Shown: piece after piece, positions 22,513-32,800 of the stretch
Position numbering within the stretch: the first letter of the stretch is position 1
Layout of the letters: each line of letters starts with the position of its first letter
Assembly: GCA_030167865.1 (NCBI GenBank)
Contig: JALAGF010003158.1
Location: 1 to 45,065, forward strand
Length of the DNA stretch: 45,065 nt
Source: Craspedostauros australis
Lineage: Eukaryota
Direction of reading: 5' to 3'
Program-made: the position numbers and the translations under genes
Notes under the pieces: model-generated
Seen by the model: the letters and a program-made list of their open reading frames with translations, nothing else
What the model was told of the DNA's origin: nothing
Databases searched by the model: none

Positions 22513-24816
22513 TCAAAATCCGCAGTCTTCGATGAACGGGGTGTATTGGTGCGACACACCCGATCGCGTGTTGCATTGATAATTCATGGACAACGACACG
22601 ATGGTGTGGAACCATTCGGTGGGCAAGTACAACACATCCCCGGCTTGTAGCACGACTTCGTTCGCGGTCGCGAGGTGGAATTCCGGACACTCCTTGTTCT
22701 GCGACGAGGGGCTCCAATCGACTGAGGAATGACGCGCCGAGGGATGCCCGACAGGATACAAGCACAGATGCGGGCATTGGTTGGGTTGGTTGAGGATATA
22801 TCGCCGCGCGCCGCCCAGAACGACGATGGAATTGCGGCTGGCATCGAAATGATTTTCTGCCACGACACCTTTCATGCCGAAACGGCAATGGATTCCGCGC
22901 TGGGCGTTGGGGTCGACAAGGTAGGTGGATGGTCGAGGATCAAGTGGTGCTGGTTCGTCGGGTGCCGGTTGTTCCTGGTATCGGGGTTGGAAGAAGGGTA
23001 GTTCATCGAACAGATATTCGGATGTTGAGTAACCCGGGTCGCATTGCCCTTTGGCTCCGGTTTCGCCGCATCCGATCAGGCGAAAGTACCAGTGCGGGAC
23101 ATCGTTGGCGAAGGACGGTGCACGGACCTCGGTGGAGTTGGCCTTGGAGAGCCAATTCGAGTACGTCATGTGGATGATCTTGGTTGGTTTCGTCCAATTC
23201 GCTGGCTTTTCGACTAACTTGAAATGCGAGTTTTGTTTTCGCTTGCGCTCGATGGTGCGTTTGGATGGGTGCGTTTCAGGATTCCAATACAGAAAGTGGT
23301 TGTTTTCCGAATACTCCGTGCGGTACTGACTTGAACCATCTGGACCGCCCAGCATGCGCTGCATGTAGTCCGGGATCAGGTTCCATCGCAGAACGGTCTC
23401 CAGAACACGTGGGTCATTTCGTAGGATGTAGGGAACCTCGGCCTCTCGGTACGTCATGGCCTTGTCGAAATCTGTGCGGTAATCGAAGATGCACACTCCT
23501 TGATGGATGGTTTGGTGATCCTCCAGGTTGGCATCATCGAGTGGCCATGCCTTCAGCACGTCATCGACGAGATTCCATTCGTAGGGGTAACCCTCCGGCG
23601 GAATGTCAGGGCAGTTGTTGATGTCATAATGTATGGTTTGACGAGAATGCGCCTCCATGAAAGATGTCGAAGCGGCACCTCGCTTGTCCTCTTCTGCTTC
23701 CTGTTCAATGGATGCCATCAGTTTGGTTCGAAGGGGAGCCCGTTTCAAACCTTCCACGGATGCCTCTGCCAGCATCGCCACCATCGCATCCGTGCGACTG
23801 AGACGTGTAGATCCAGCCGATGGCGCAGATACCTGATGTTCCTCAATTAGTCTGCTCAGCTCGTCGTCGGCGTCCCTGCGCAGCTTCGCGTAGTAATCGG
23901 ACTTGTCGCCTATGTGTGTCATGCTGGTTGGAATGGCATAGTACGGTGATGGATTCCTGGAATAGAGACGCTTGCGATGCGCCTGCTTCGTCTCTGGCCG
24001 CCCTTGCTTGGCGAAGTTGATGCCATAGTCAGGTGATGACGACGAAAACGCGTTCGAGAGCATCACCAAGCCACTCAACGAGAACCATGATGAGCGCTCT
24101 CCTGCAGGCACAGGATGATTCGGATTGAACCAGACATGCAACAAGCCTGCACAGTACCAAACGACCCACCCGAGAATCATGAGCAATATGAGGATGGCCA
24201 ATGCATCCCTCCGTTCAGAATCGTCACCGTACAAGTCGTTCTTCGTCGCTCGCGCCAGTCTCCGACGACGTCGCTGCTCCCGTCGTTGGGACCGGTCTGA
24301 TTTAGTGCCAAGTGGCGCGGCTTGTGTCGATGCTATTGTTGTTCCTGTTGTTCCTACTGCTGCTGCTGCTGCTGCTGCGACGGAAGATGGAGAGGAATCA
24401 CACCAATCGATAGCATCCAGCCAAATGCCAGCGGCTTCTTGGAGCAGATGTGATGCGATGGAAGTCACTTGGTTCCAAACCCTGGTTGGGGCACTCCGAA
24501 GATCCTTTCGATTACGATGCACCCTTCGAGTACGGCCATGGCAAGGAGGATGCAGTGCATGCCACGCAGTGGTGCGAGGCTGTGCGCTGTGCGCGTTTCG
24601 CTCATCATGTTGCTGCTGATGCTGCTGATCTCTCTGATATGCGTGGCGTTGATGGCGTGGATGTTGATAGCTGCTGCGCTGTGATGTGGCATGGTCATTG
24701 TGTCTGGAGTCCAACCCGCTTGTTGGTGTGTTGGCACCGACACCAACTTGCGCTGTGCGGCCAAGCCGACCCTCATTGGCGGATGTCACCTGATGGCTCA
24801 CACGTCGATGCATCAT
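22513..24816 (-). CDS. JmjC/cupin-like Fe(II)/2-oxoglutarate oxygenase with one transmembrane segment (~767 aa)
   Basis: C-terminal cupin with CRFGMKGVVAENHFDASRN (HxD) and EVVLQAGDVLYLPTEWFHTIVS (distal His). Hydrophobic segment ALAILILLMILGWVVWYCAGLL follows a low-complexity N-terminus. The start codon is uncertain. Confidence 0.88.
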   Translation of the reverse strand: MMHRRVSHQVTSANEGRLGRTAQVGVGANTPTSGLDSRHNDHATSQRSSYQHPRHQRHAYQRDQQHQQQHDERNAHSAQPRTTAWHALHPPCHGRTRRVHRNRKDLRSAPTRVWNQVTSIASHLLQEAAGIWLDAIDWCDSSPSSVAAAAAAAVGTTGTTIASTQAAPLGTKSDRSQRREQRRRRRLARATKNDLYGDDSERRDALAILILLMILGWVVWYCAGLLHVWFNPNHPVPAGERSSWFSLSGLVMLSNAFSSSSPDYGINFAKQGRPETKQAHRKRLYSRNPSPYYAIPTSMTHIGDKSDYYAKLRRDADDELSRLIEEHQVSAPSAGSTRLSRTDAMVAMLAEASVEGLKRAPLRTKLMASIEQEAEEDKRGAASTSFMEAHSRQTIHYDINNCPDIPPEGYPYEWNLVDDVLKAWPLDDANLEDHQTIHQGVCIFDYRTDFDKAMTYREAEVPYILRNDPRVLETVLRWNLIPDYMQRMLGGPDGSSQYRTEYSENNHFLYWNPETHPSKRTIERKRKQNSHFKLVEKPANWTKPTKIIHMTYSNWLSKANSTEVRAPSFANDVPHWYFRLIGCGETGAKGQCDPGYSTSEYLFDELPFFQPRYQEQPAPDEPAPLDPRPSTYLVDPNAQRGIHCRFGMKGVVAENHFDASRNSIVVLGGARRYILNQPNQCPHLCLYPVGHPSARHSSVDWSPSSQNKECPEFHLATANEVVLQAGDVLYLPTEWFHTIVSLSMNYQCNTRSGVSHQYTPFIEDCGF

Positions 24817-26011
24817 GGCTGCGATTCTCAACGGTGATGTTCAGCATGCTCATGGAACGACGAGACGACAAGTGCCACGCTCCCGTGCCTGTGCAGTTCT
24901 GCGACTTCGGTGAAAGATGGAGACTTGCAACCTTTCACGTCTTGTTGGAGCGGGCATGGCAGATGACTCGCATTGCTGTCGATCGAACATGATTGTACAA
25001 GGACGGGTAGTAGTAGCTCGTACCAGACGAACCCGTGTTTGCGAACAACAATGCTGCGGACGTTGGCAACGCGAACTCTCGGTGTTGGTGTCGCAACTCT
25101 CTTGGCCGTTTCGGTTTGTTCGTTCAGTTTCGAAACGATAAACCATACATTAACGCCATCTTAACCACAAACAATTGATATACGACACAATACTAGTCGT
25201 ACACCGGAGTTTACTGGTCTTACACATCGGAGTTGGTACGGTTTATGTTGTACATTACCCAATCCACCAACGAATGTTGTTCTTTTCCAGTGATGACATC
25301 ACATCACCGACTGTTCTTCTCCGTCGTTGCTGGCCATTCGCGCCAAGACCGGATTGGGGACTGCAAAACAAAGAACAAACAGCTCCAAACTGTGCCCATA
25401 ATTTCCAAAGCACGTGGAATCATCCTGACAGGAGCGTTGTCCTTTTCGTGCTTCACTCATTGGTTGTGGTATCTTGGGACGTGTGTTCGTATGGATCAAA
25501 GAGCAATAGTGTGCAGTGACACTCTCCAGAGTGATACGAGCGACGAATGCAAGGATGGAAGATGGAAGATGGAAAATGGCAGATCGAGTCCACAACAAGA
25601 GAGCTGGAATGCGAACGGCGTCAATGAAGAAGGGCATCCGGTGCCAGAACAGCGACTATCAGCATGCCAGCAATAGGTCGTAGTAGTACTTGACACCACA
25701 ATCAACACCAGCGATGAAAGCGTACATGCAGAAGAGCAACTTGAACCACGAGAGACCAGACATACAACCAAGGATGGAAAAGCCACGCCCAGCCAAGATC
25801 GAACTCAACTCCTCACCCCGCGTCGATTTGTCCTGCACGGCCGCATCCCCACAGGTGCGAGCGAGTTCACACGTCCAAGCGTTCGCATCATAGATCGTAG
25901 TCGCAGCCGCAGGCACTGCTATTTTGAGAGTCCGACAGAAACAAAACCATCGCAAGAGACAGCCAGCTCAACGAAAGGCCAAGGGATGAACGGACGCCTT
26001 CAGCACTGCCG

Positions 26012-27619
26012 ATGGCATTCATGGACTCGTCTGGTGCACATCTCTCACGACCTCGGAACACCTCTCAACTATCCCGTTCATGCCTCACAAACATCACCAC
26101 AAGAATACGCATCGCCATCACTAGTGCAAAGATCAGTACTCTCTTCACCATGCCGGACACCCCAGCCATCAGCCAGCAAGCCATATGCGCAACGACGAAG
26201 CAACGCGTCATCAAAGCACTGGAGGAATGCCCAACTATTCAGAAAAAGGTCGTCCACCATCTACAGATAGCGGCCATGGGAACACAGCCGTCCGGCAGTG
26301 TCTGCATCGCGGATGTTGACGGCAACTGCATTCCGGTCAAGAAGGCCCACCTGGAGGTTTGCATGTACCGCATCATCTACTCGACGCCAGAGATCAAGCG
26401 AGAGATCGAGAAGCATGTTGGAGAGAGCATTGGCAATGCTCCACCATTCCTCCCTTCCTTGCTGGCACTGCAGTTCAACAGCGCAGCCAGAGCAGCAGAA
26501 GCCGAGGCCGAGAATCAGGCAGACATTTGCCATCAACGTCAAGTGCTGGGGGTGAGAACTATAATCTTCGCACTCCAGGCGGGTCTGCTCGTCTTTCCAT
26601 TTCACGACATCCCAGAAAGCGCATCCGTGTCCTTTCTCTTTGCAATTTGGTGCGCGGTGTTCTGCTGTTCCATCATTTACCTCCGCAAAATACTGGACAA
26701 TCACCTTCGACGCACGCAGGACAACGAGGAACGGAAGAAGAAGAAAATCGCACACACGACTTCTTGTGCCTGCTGTGTTTGTGGAATGTCGAGCAATGGT
26801 GTTGGCAGCCAACAGTTCAGCGACGATCCAGCGACGACAGCAGCAGCAGCAGCAACAACGCCAACAATGGCATTTGGCCCATCATTCTGTGGCGATAACG
26901 TCGGCAACAACGACGATGACACTGCCAGCGAACCACAGAGTCCAACTGGGCCGAAAAATGCTAGCCCCTACAACGACGGTAGCAATGATAGTGACAGCGA
27001 CAATGCTGTTTCGTACAACGCCATCACCCAATGTGAGAACTGCAACGACACAGGCGTCTGCAAAGTTGGATGCAAGACGTGCTGCCCGTACTTCATTTCT
27101 CCTCAGATTGTTGAGAAGCAAGTTTGCCTTTCACGCGTCCTGAAGACGTGCCCTGATCTGCAACAACGCTTCCAAAAGGAAATGAAAACTACGGTTTCGA
27201 AAGTTGATGGACCACAAGGCGCACAGCACATCAGCCATATCTTGGAGGTGATGAATAATAACAACGCGGTTCTTTCCAAGGAAGTGCATGCGGCAATCGA
27301 CATCTACAAACACACCTTGGATGACGGCAAACTTGATTGGAGTTCTGCAGGCCGGCAACAGTGGGTGGACCGATCGCGAAAATCGGACGTTGTGAGGTCG
27401 CCGGAACCAGCCGTTGTGCTCGTCGCAATCGCTTCCAAAACAACCGTCCAAACCAGCGATATGACTTCCGCAACAACTGCACCGACTGCACCGACTGCAC
27501 CAACCGCATCATTGGATGGTAGCGACGACGAAGAAGCGAAATCATGCTTGGCATCACACCTGGAAAACGAGAACATGCGCAGCCTCAAAGCGTGGGATCA
27601 TCTCTCAACAGTCGTGTGA
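26012..27619 (+). CDS. Hypothetical protein with Cys-rich segments; probable in-frame intron at 26552-26719
   Basis: 535-codon ORF (479 aa if spliced) with Cys clusters CACCVC and CENCNDTGVCKVGCKTCCP and three similar helical segments. The start could be further downstream (MPDTPA). Confidence 0.7.
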   Translation: MAFMDSSGAHLSRPRNTSQLSRSCLTNITTRIRIAITSAKISTLFTMPDTPAISQQAICATTKQRVIKALEECPTIQKKVVHHLQIAAMGTQPSGSVCIADVDGNCIPVKKAHLEVCMYRIIYSTPEIKREIEKHVGESIGNAPPFLPSLLALQFNSAARAAEAEAENQADICHQRQVLGVRTIIFALQAGLLVFPFHDIPESASVSFLFAIWCAVFCCSIIYLRKILDNHLRRTQDNEERKKKKIAHTTSCACCVCGMSSNGVGSQQFSDDPATTAAAAATTPTMAFGPSFCGDNVGNNDDDTASEPQSPTGPKNASPYNDGSNDSDSDNAVSYNAITQCENCNDTGVCKVGCKTCCPYFISPQIVEKQVCLSRVLKTCPDLQQRFQKEMKTTVSKVDGPQGAQHISHILEVMNNNNAVLSKEVHAAIDIYKHTLDDGKLDWSSAGRQQWVDRSRKSDVVRSPEPAVVLVAIASKTTVQTSDMTSATTAPTAPTAPTASLDGSDDEEAKSCLASHLENENMRSLKAWDHLSTVV

Positions 27620-28336
27620 AGCAGTACAGCAGGAGTACTCTATTTAACAATCTCAGCGACAGATACCATTTCGTACCACATAAATATTGGCTCGTGTAAT
27701 AATTACTAGAATAAACCATACTCCATGTTCTGCATATGCACCATACGCGTGCTTCTCTACGATCTACTCTACCTTTCTTAGACACTCGTGTTCATTATTG
27801 GCGGAAATGGGCTCTGTGCATGATGACGTCACATCACTTTCAGTGACGCGGTGACATTTGTGGACGACCTGTTGCTCGCAGAACACGAAGAGGACACGAC
27901 ACAACACTGTTCTCACAATTTCGACGTCGTTCTTGGTGCTTCCGAATCAAACGCCCCTCGGCAGGCGATTCGGTGGGTGATGAAATCGACGTCCATGGCG
28001 ATGGGGGCTGTCTGTGCGGGAATGATCAGCGCGCTCGTATCTGCGTGTATGGTATAATACGAACCATGGCACCCGCGCAGGTAGACATGTGGCATTTGAT
28101 CCATGTTCATGCAAGCCAATCGGCGGTGCTTCCACTCGCACTTCTTGTATCCGCCCCTTCGCGAACGTCTTTTATTCCGCAACCATCCAGAGAGGCTCAC
28201 AAAAATCGTTTCGCTCTATCAACACAAGCCAGCCATCAATCGTATGACGACGACGACGACATCATCAAGACCAACATCAGTAATAGTCCCAACAATAACA
28301 ACAGCAGCAACAGCAGTAACATCCGACACAATCACA

Positions 28337-28759
28337 ATGAAGTCACCATCATACTACGTCTCCATCACAGGCCTCACCTTGCGTGGTGTCTGGCACTACC
28401 CAACTTTCTGGTACCACGCCATTCCTAGCTTCAACCAAGCGCAAGCCGCACCGGGCAATATCCGCACAGAAGCGCGTTCCGTCGATGGCGTGCAACACAC
28501 CTTGACAGTGTGGGAGGATCGCAAGTCGATGCTGCGATTCTTGCACACCGGCCCGCACCTCCAAGCCATGAAGGCGTTCGATTCCATCGCCACTGGCAAG
28601 ACGTATGGTTATGAGACGGATGTGATCCCGAGCTGGACGGAGGCATTGAAGCTATGGGAGGAGAAGGGGAAGATGTACGAAGGGCGTCGCAAGAAAGTCA
28701 ACGCCACGGCGACTGAGTCTGACACGAAGACGAAGACTTGCATGACGACGTCGTCGTAA
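28337..28759 (+). CDS. DUF3291/ABM-like dimeric alpha-beta barrel protein (~140 aa)
   Basis: YVSITGLTL...FWYHAIPSFNQAQAAPGNI...HTLTVWEDRKSMLRFLHTGPHLQAMK...PSWTEAL matches the pattern of bacterial DUF3291-like proteins. Intronless. Confidence 0.75.
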   Translation: MKSPSYYVSITGLTLRGVWHYPTFWYHAIPSFNQAQAAPGNIRTEARSVDGVQHTLTVWEDRKSMLRFLHTGPHLQAMKAFDSIATGKTYGYETDVIPSWTEALKLWEEKGKMYEGRRKKVNATATESDTKTKTCMTTSS

Positions 28760-29109
28760 TCGGCGTCGGCCCTGTCATTTGTCACTGCGATCGAACAGCC
28801 TTACTGCTTTACAACTGCCAATGTGACATACCAGTACGACTACACGGCTCTTGGAAGAACCAGGCGAGAGTTACTCCGCAGCAAGTGGAGACAGAGGGAG
28901 AGAGAGAGCGAAAAGATCTTCCAGGGAGTGCAGGGCATCCATTCCGCGCACCATACGAATAGTACAAGTAGAGACAGATTACGTACAAGAACAGGACGCA
29001 TCGTTCATATTTCATTCTATCTTTATGGTACTGTGGTATTATATGTATGGTATTCTCGCGAATTTCCTTTGCGCACCGTAGTCGCTCTGGGAATGCAGTT
29101 GGCGTTGTT

Positions 29110-32100
29110 CTATCCGCAGTTTCCAAACTGCTTGCGTGCTCTGTCATCTCGGAATTCAAGGTTGTCTGCCACCGTGGTGCCGAATGCATCGATGGTGTAG
29201 CCACCTCGACCGTAGCTGCAGCAGTTTCCGTCGCCGTAGCTGTCTTCGATCACGAAGGTGTAGCACTCTGTGTCCGCGCCTGCGAATTCCTGCTCGTAGC
29301 TTGCACCGCCGACAATGTTGCTGTACGGACCTCCTGTGAGGACCTTCGCGCCGGATGAATCGCGGATGAACCATGTGGTTTCTGCGCCGTAGTTGTCGGT
29401 GGTGATACTGATCTTGATGTTTTTGTCACCTTCCACAATCGGCGCGGATGTTGGCCCGCTCGTCGGCGCACTCGTTGGGACGGTGTCAGGGATGCGGCAC
29501 GTCGTGGTACAAGTTGCGCCGGGTTGGTCGCTGTTGTTGACACCTTCGTCGCATTCTTCGCCACCATCAAGTTCACCGTTACCGCACCCTTCTGCGCTGG
29601 GGCAGCCGGGAGCATTTCCGAAGTAGCGGCGCACCTGTCTGAAATTCGCAGGTCCGCTGAAACTGAAGGCGAGTTGCTGATCCATCTCCAGGCTGAACGC
29701 TCCCTCGCCGTACCCGCAGCAGATACCGTCACCCCACGAGTCCAAGAAAATGAATTGGTAACATCCTCCGGATGGCAGCTGCAAAGACTGGACGATCGTC
29801 GCACCGACGTCGGAGGTGGCATCGAAGGGCCCACCTGCGGCCAATTCAACGCCGTCCATGTCAAGAATTTGCCATTTCGATTCTCCGGGGTAGTTGTCAG
29901 CTTGGATTGTGATTTTCACGTTGTCGTTGCCGATGTCTTCGGTCTGCCCAGGAGTTGGTGCCGAAGTCGGCTCAGAAGTCGGCGCGGAGGTAGGCTCTGA
30001 AGTAGGAGAACTGGTCGGTGCTGAGGTAGGGCGAGAGGTGGGCGCGCTGGTTGGCTCTGAAGTTGGTGCTGACGTCGGAGCAGATGTAGGGGCTAGAGTC
30101 GGTTCTGAGGCGTTTCCATTGGGGTCATCGGTCGGCGCTGCAGTCGGCGCTGCGGTCGGCCCTGCGGTTGGCATTTCGGAGGGGCTGTTGTCGGTTCCGT
30201 CACTTCCGCCATCTGCGACGGAGAAGTTGACACTTTTGGCCCGCACGTTGTTGCCGTTGCCCTCGGCTGATTCGAAGTCATTGATTGTGGTTTCCACTCC
30301 GTTCACATTCACCTTGATGTAGCCATTTCCATACGAGCAGCAGTTTCTGTTTGATGAGTTCGGGGCAGCGGTGCAAGGACGCGCAGAGTATGCGGATGCG
30401 TGTGTGGACAATGTTGCGTATAAGTGGCAGTGCAAATGAAGGAGGAGAACGGCAGAAAGCAGACATAGTGCGAGCGAAGTTGGCATGGTGAGCGCATGCA
30501 GTGGATAAAACAGGATGACGCAAAAGCAAATGACCGATAGGTGATACAGCTTCCGCCATGATTCGAGTATGGCAGAGAGGCATCGTGCTTCGATGCGCAT
30601 CGTTTGGTCATAGCTTGGTTGACGTTGGAACACTTACCCGTCGCCGTATGAGTCATTGATGGTCAGGACGTAGTTCCCACCTTCCTTGAGGACGACTTGG
30701 GTGTTGTATTCCACGCGGACTCTTTGAGCGTACGGACCGCCGAAAGCCACGGCACGTGTCTGCCCATCGTCCTTGATTTCCTTGATAGACCATGTCGTTT
30801 CCTCTCCGTAATCATCTGTGAAAACGGTGACAGTTGCGTCGACGCAATCGTCGCAGGCGGTCGGCGCAGCCGTGGGCGAAGGCGAGATGGTTGCCGGTGC
30901 GACCATGGCACCTGCCGCGAACGCATCGACATGTCCCTCGCCGTAGAGATTTGAATCGTACGCGTTGTTGTTGCCATCTGTCTTCTTCGCGGTGTCTTGC
31001 ATCACTTGCATCATCTGGCCCGGGGTGAGGGATGGGTTGATGCTTTTCAGCAAAGCTGCAACGCCGGCGACATGTGGGGTGGCCATGCTGGTGCCGGAGA
31101 GGAACTTGTAGTTGCGGTTGGAAGGTTCAGACGGCTGGTCGATGTAGGTACTCTTGACGCCAACTCCTGGTGCGACGATATCAACCTGCGGTCCGTAGGT
31201 GGAAAACCCAGCGAGTCTGCCGTTGCTGTCGACCGCGCCAACGCCAAAGACACCGCCGTGTGCTGCTGGGTAATTGACCGCGCCTGGTCTGGGTGGGTTC
31301 GCGTAGGCGTCGGCCCCGTTGCCAGTGGCTGCGACAAGGAGAATTCCTTTGTTGAACAGGCTCTGGCACTCGGCTGCCTCAGCACCCGAATAAGACTCGC
31401 CTCCAAGCGACATGCTGATGATGTGCGCTCCTTGCTGCTCGCACCGTTGCATTGCCTGGATGAGCGAGCCAGCGTAGAAGCCACCGTTGTCTCCGAAAAC
31501 CCGAACGACAATGATATCGGCCTTTGGGGCCACGCCCACAACGCCGACGCCGTTGTCCTTGACAGCGGCGATAGTTCCCGTCACGTGCGTGCCGTGTCCA
31601 TTGCCGTCGAACTCCTGCGAATTGCATGGTGTGGAATAGAATGGTGTGGTGCGTTGATGCGCGGGCAAGCACAGATGAGAATGATTTTCCAAACAGGCAT
31701 TCGAATGAGCATCACGAAGAGAATGTTACGATGAGGTGGAAAGGTGAGCCGATGCAGAGAGAAGAAGCAAGGTCGCACACATAAGAGCCATCCAATCGTG
31801 AGGAGCACGCATGGCATGCCGCATGCGAGGAGTATCACCGTGCTGAAGCAAAGACGAACTCACCCATGCCAATTCATCCAGACTGCTGTCATGTTCCCAC
31901 ACTATCACGTTCATTCCGGCGAAGTCTTCATGTCCCACTTGGAGTCCACTGTCAATGACGCAGACCCTGGCGCCTTCGCCCTGCTTCTTGAATGCGCTCC
32001 AGGCCTCCGACGCCTTGACGTTGTTGATCCCGTAGGGGAGGGACTCGGCTCCGTCAGCGAGAGTTCCCATGAGCTTGCGCTCGCGGTCCTTGCGATGGAG

Positions 32101-32553
32101 GAGGTGATCCGGCGGTGCGTCCTTGGGGTCGACGAAGCCAGGCATGACGGAAGCATAGCGCAACACATCGTCTTCGATGCTCGCGACATCAGGGAGTAGA
32201 TTGAGGATGGCTTCCTCCGTGTGGTCGTCATCGTCGTCGATCTCCATGACGAAGTCGTCGAGGCCATCGAGCTTGTGGACGAAGACGCCTGCGGGTGACT
32301 CGTCCAACTCCACTCCGCATTTGGCTTCCGTGTTCGTCTTGCAGCGGACGATGATTCGCTTCTTTCTGGTGTTTGTTGCGGTGGTCTTGCGTCCCTTGCG
32401 GAGGTTGGGGGTGGCGGTCTCCTTCTCCAGCTTGGCAGCATCTGCGTTGCCGTCCACACCTTGCGCCACGGCCACGGTGGAGGCGAGCATCACCGTCAGG
32501 GCCATCAGAAGCGCGCGCTTCGTAGGGTGGCTACGATTGGTCGCATAAGTCAT
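29110..32553 (-). CDS. Secreted modular S8 subtilisin-like serine protease, three exons, ~967 aa
   Basis: Exons 32553-31864, 31614-30638 and 30346-29110. Signal peptide, prodomain, and catalytic triad motifs VIDSG / GNGHGTHVTGTIAA / SGTSMATPHVAG, plus the oxyanion Asn (AATGN). These are followed by three DS(Y/W)GDGxCCxYG modules, PT repeats and a CGNG...EECD motif. Confidence 0.93.
29950..30170 (-). repeat. Coding PT-rich tandem repeat (PTSA/PTSE/PTAA) linker
   Basis: PTAGPTAAPTAAPT...PTSAPTSAPTSEPTSAPTSRPTSAPTSSPTSEPTSAPTSEPTSAPT in the subtilase frame. Confidence 0.9.
30347..30637 (-). other. Intron 2 of the subtilase (291 bp, phase 2)
   Basis: GG|GTAAGT donor and AAACAG|A acceptor reconstruct DSYGDG-NCCSYGNG, nearly identical to the third module (DSYGDGNCCSYGRG). 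Confidence 0.92.
31615..31863 (-). other. Intron 1 of the subtilase (249 bp, phase 0)
   Basis: TGG|GTGAGT donor and TCGCAG|GAG acceptor give LAW-EFDGNGHGTH. Confidence 0.85.
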
Positions 32554-32762
32554 GGTTGATTCTTTTTGTCTCTCGATGTCTGTTTGTTCTGTTCTGTTTT
32601 TTGTTTTTGTTTACTTGATGTTGTGGGAGACGGAAGACAGAAGAGGGCAGAGATGGAGATGATGGAGACGATGTGGAATCGTTGCTCTGATTCTCGCGAT
32701 TGCTTACTGTTGTTGTTCCTGTTGAGCTTGGATGCCTTGTTGGTTTTATGAGGACATGGGTG

Positions 32763-32800
32763 GATTGATCGATTGATCGATTGATCGATTAATCGATTGA
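32763..32800. repeat. (GATTGATC)n 8-bp tandem repeat about 210 bp upstream of the subtilase start
   Basis: GATTGATC x3, then GATTAATC and GATTGA. Confidence 0.85.

Noticed and set aside
29110..30633. 507-aa ORF as a stand-alone gene with a hydrophobic N-terminus
   Set aside because: Its first ~95 codons lie in intron 2 of the subtilase; splicing rebuilds the conserved DSYGDGNCCSYG motif.
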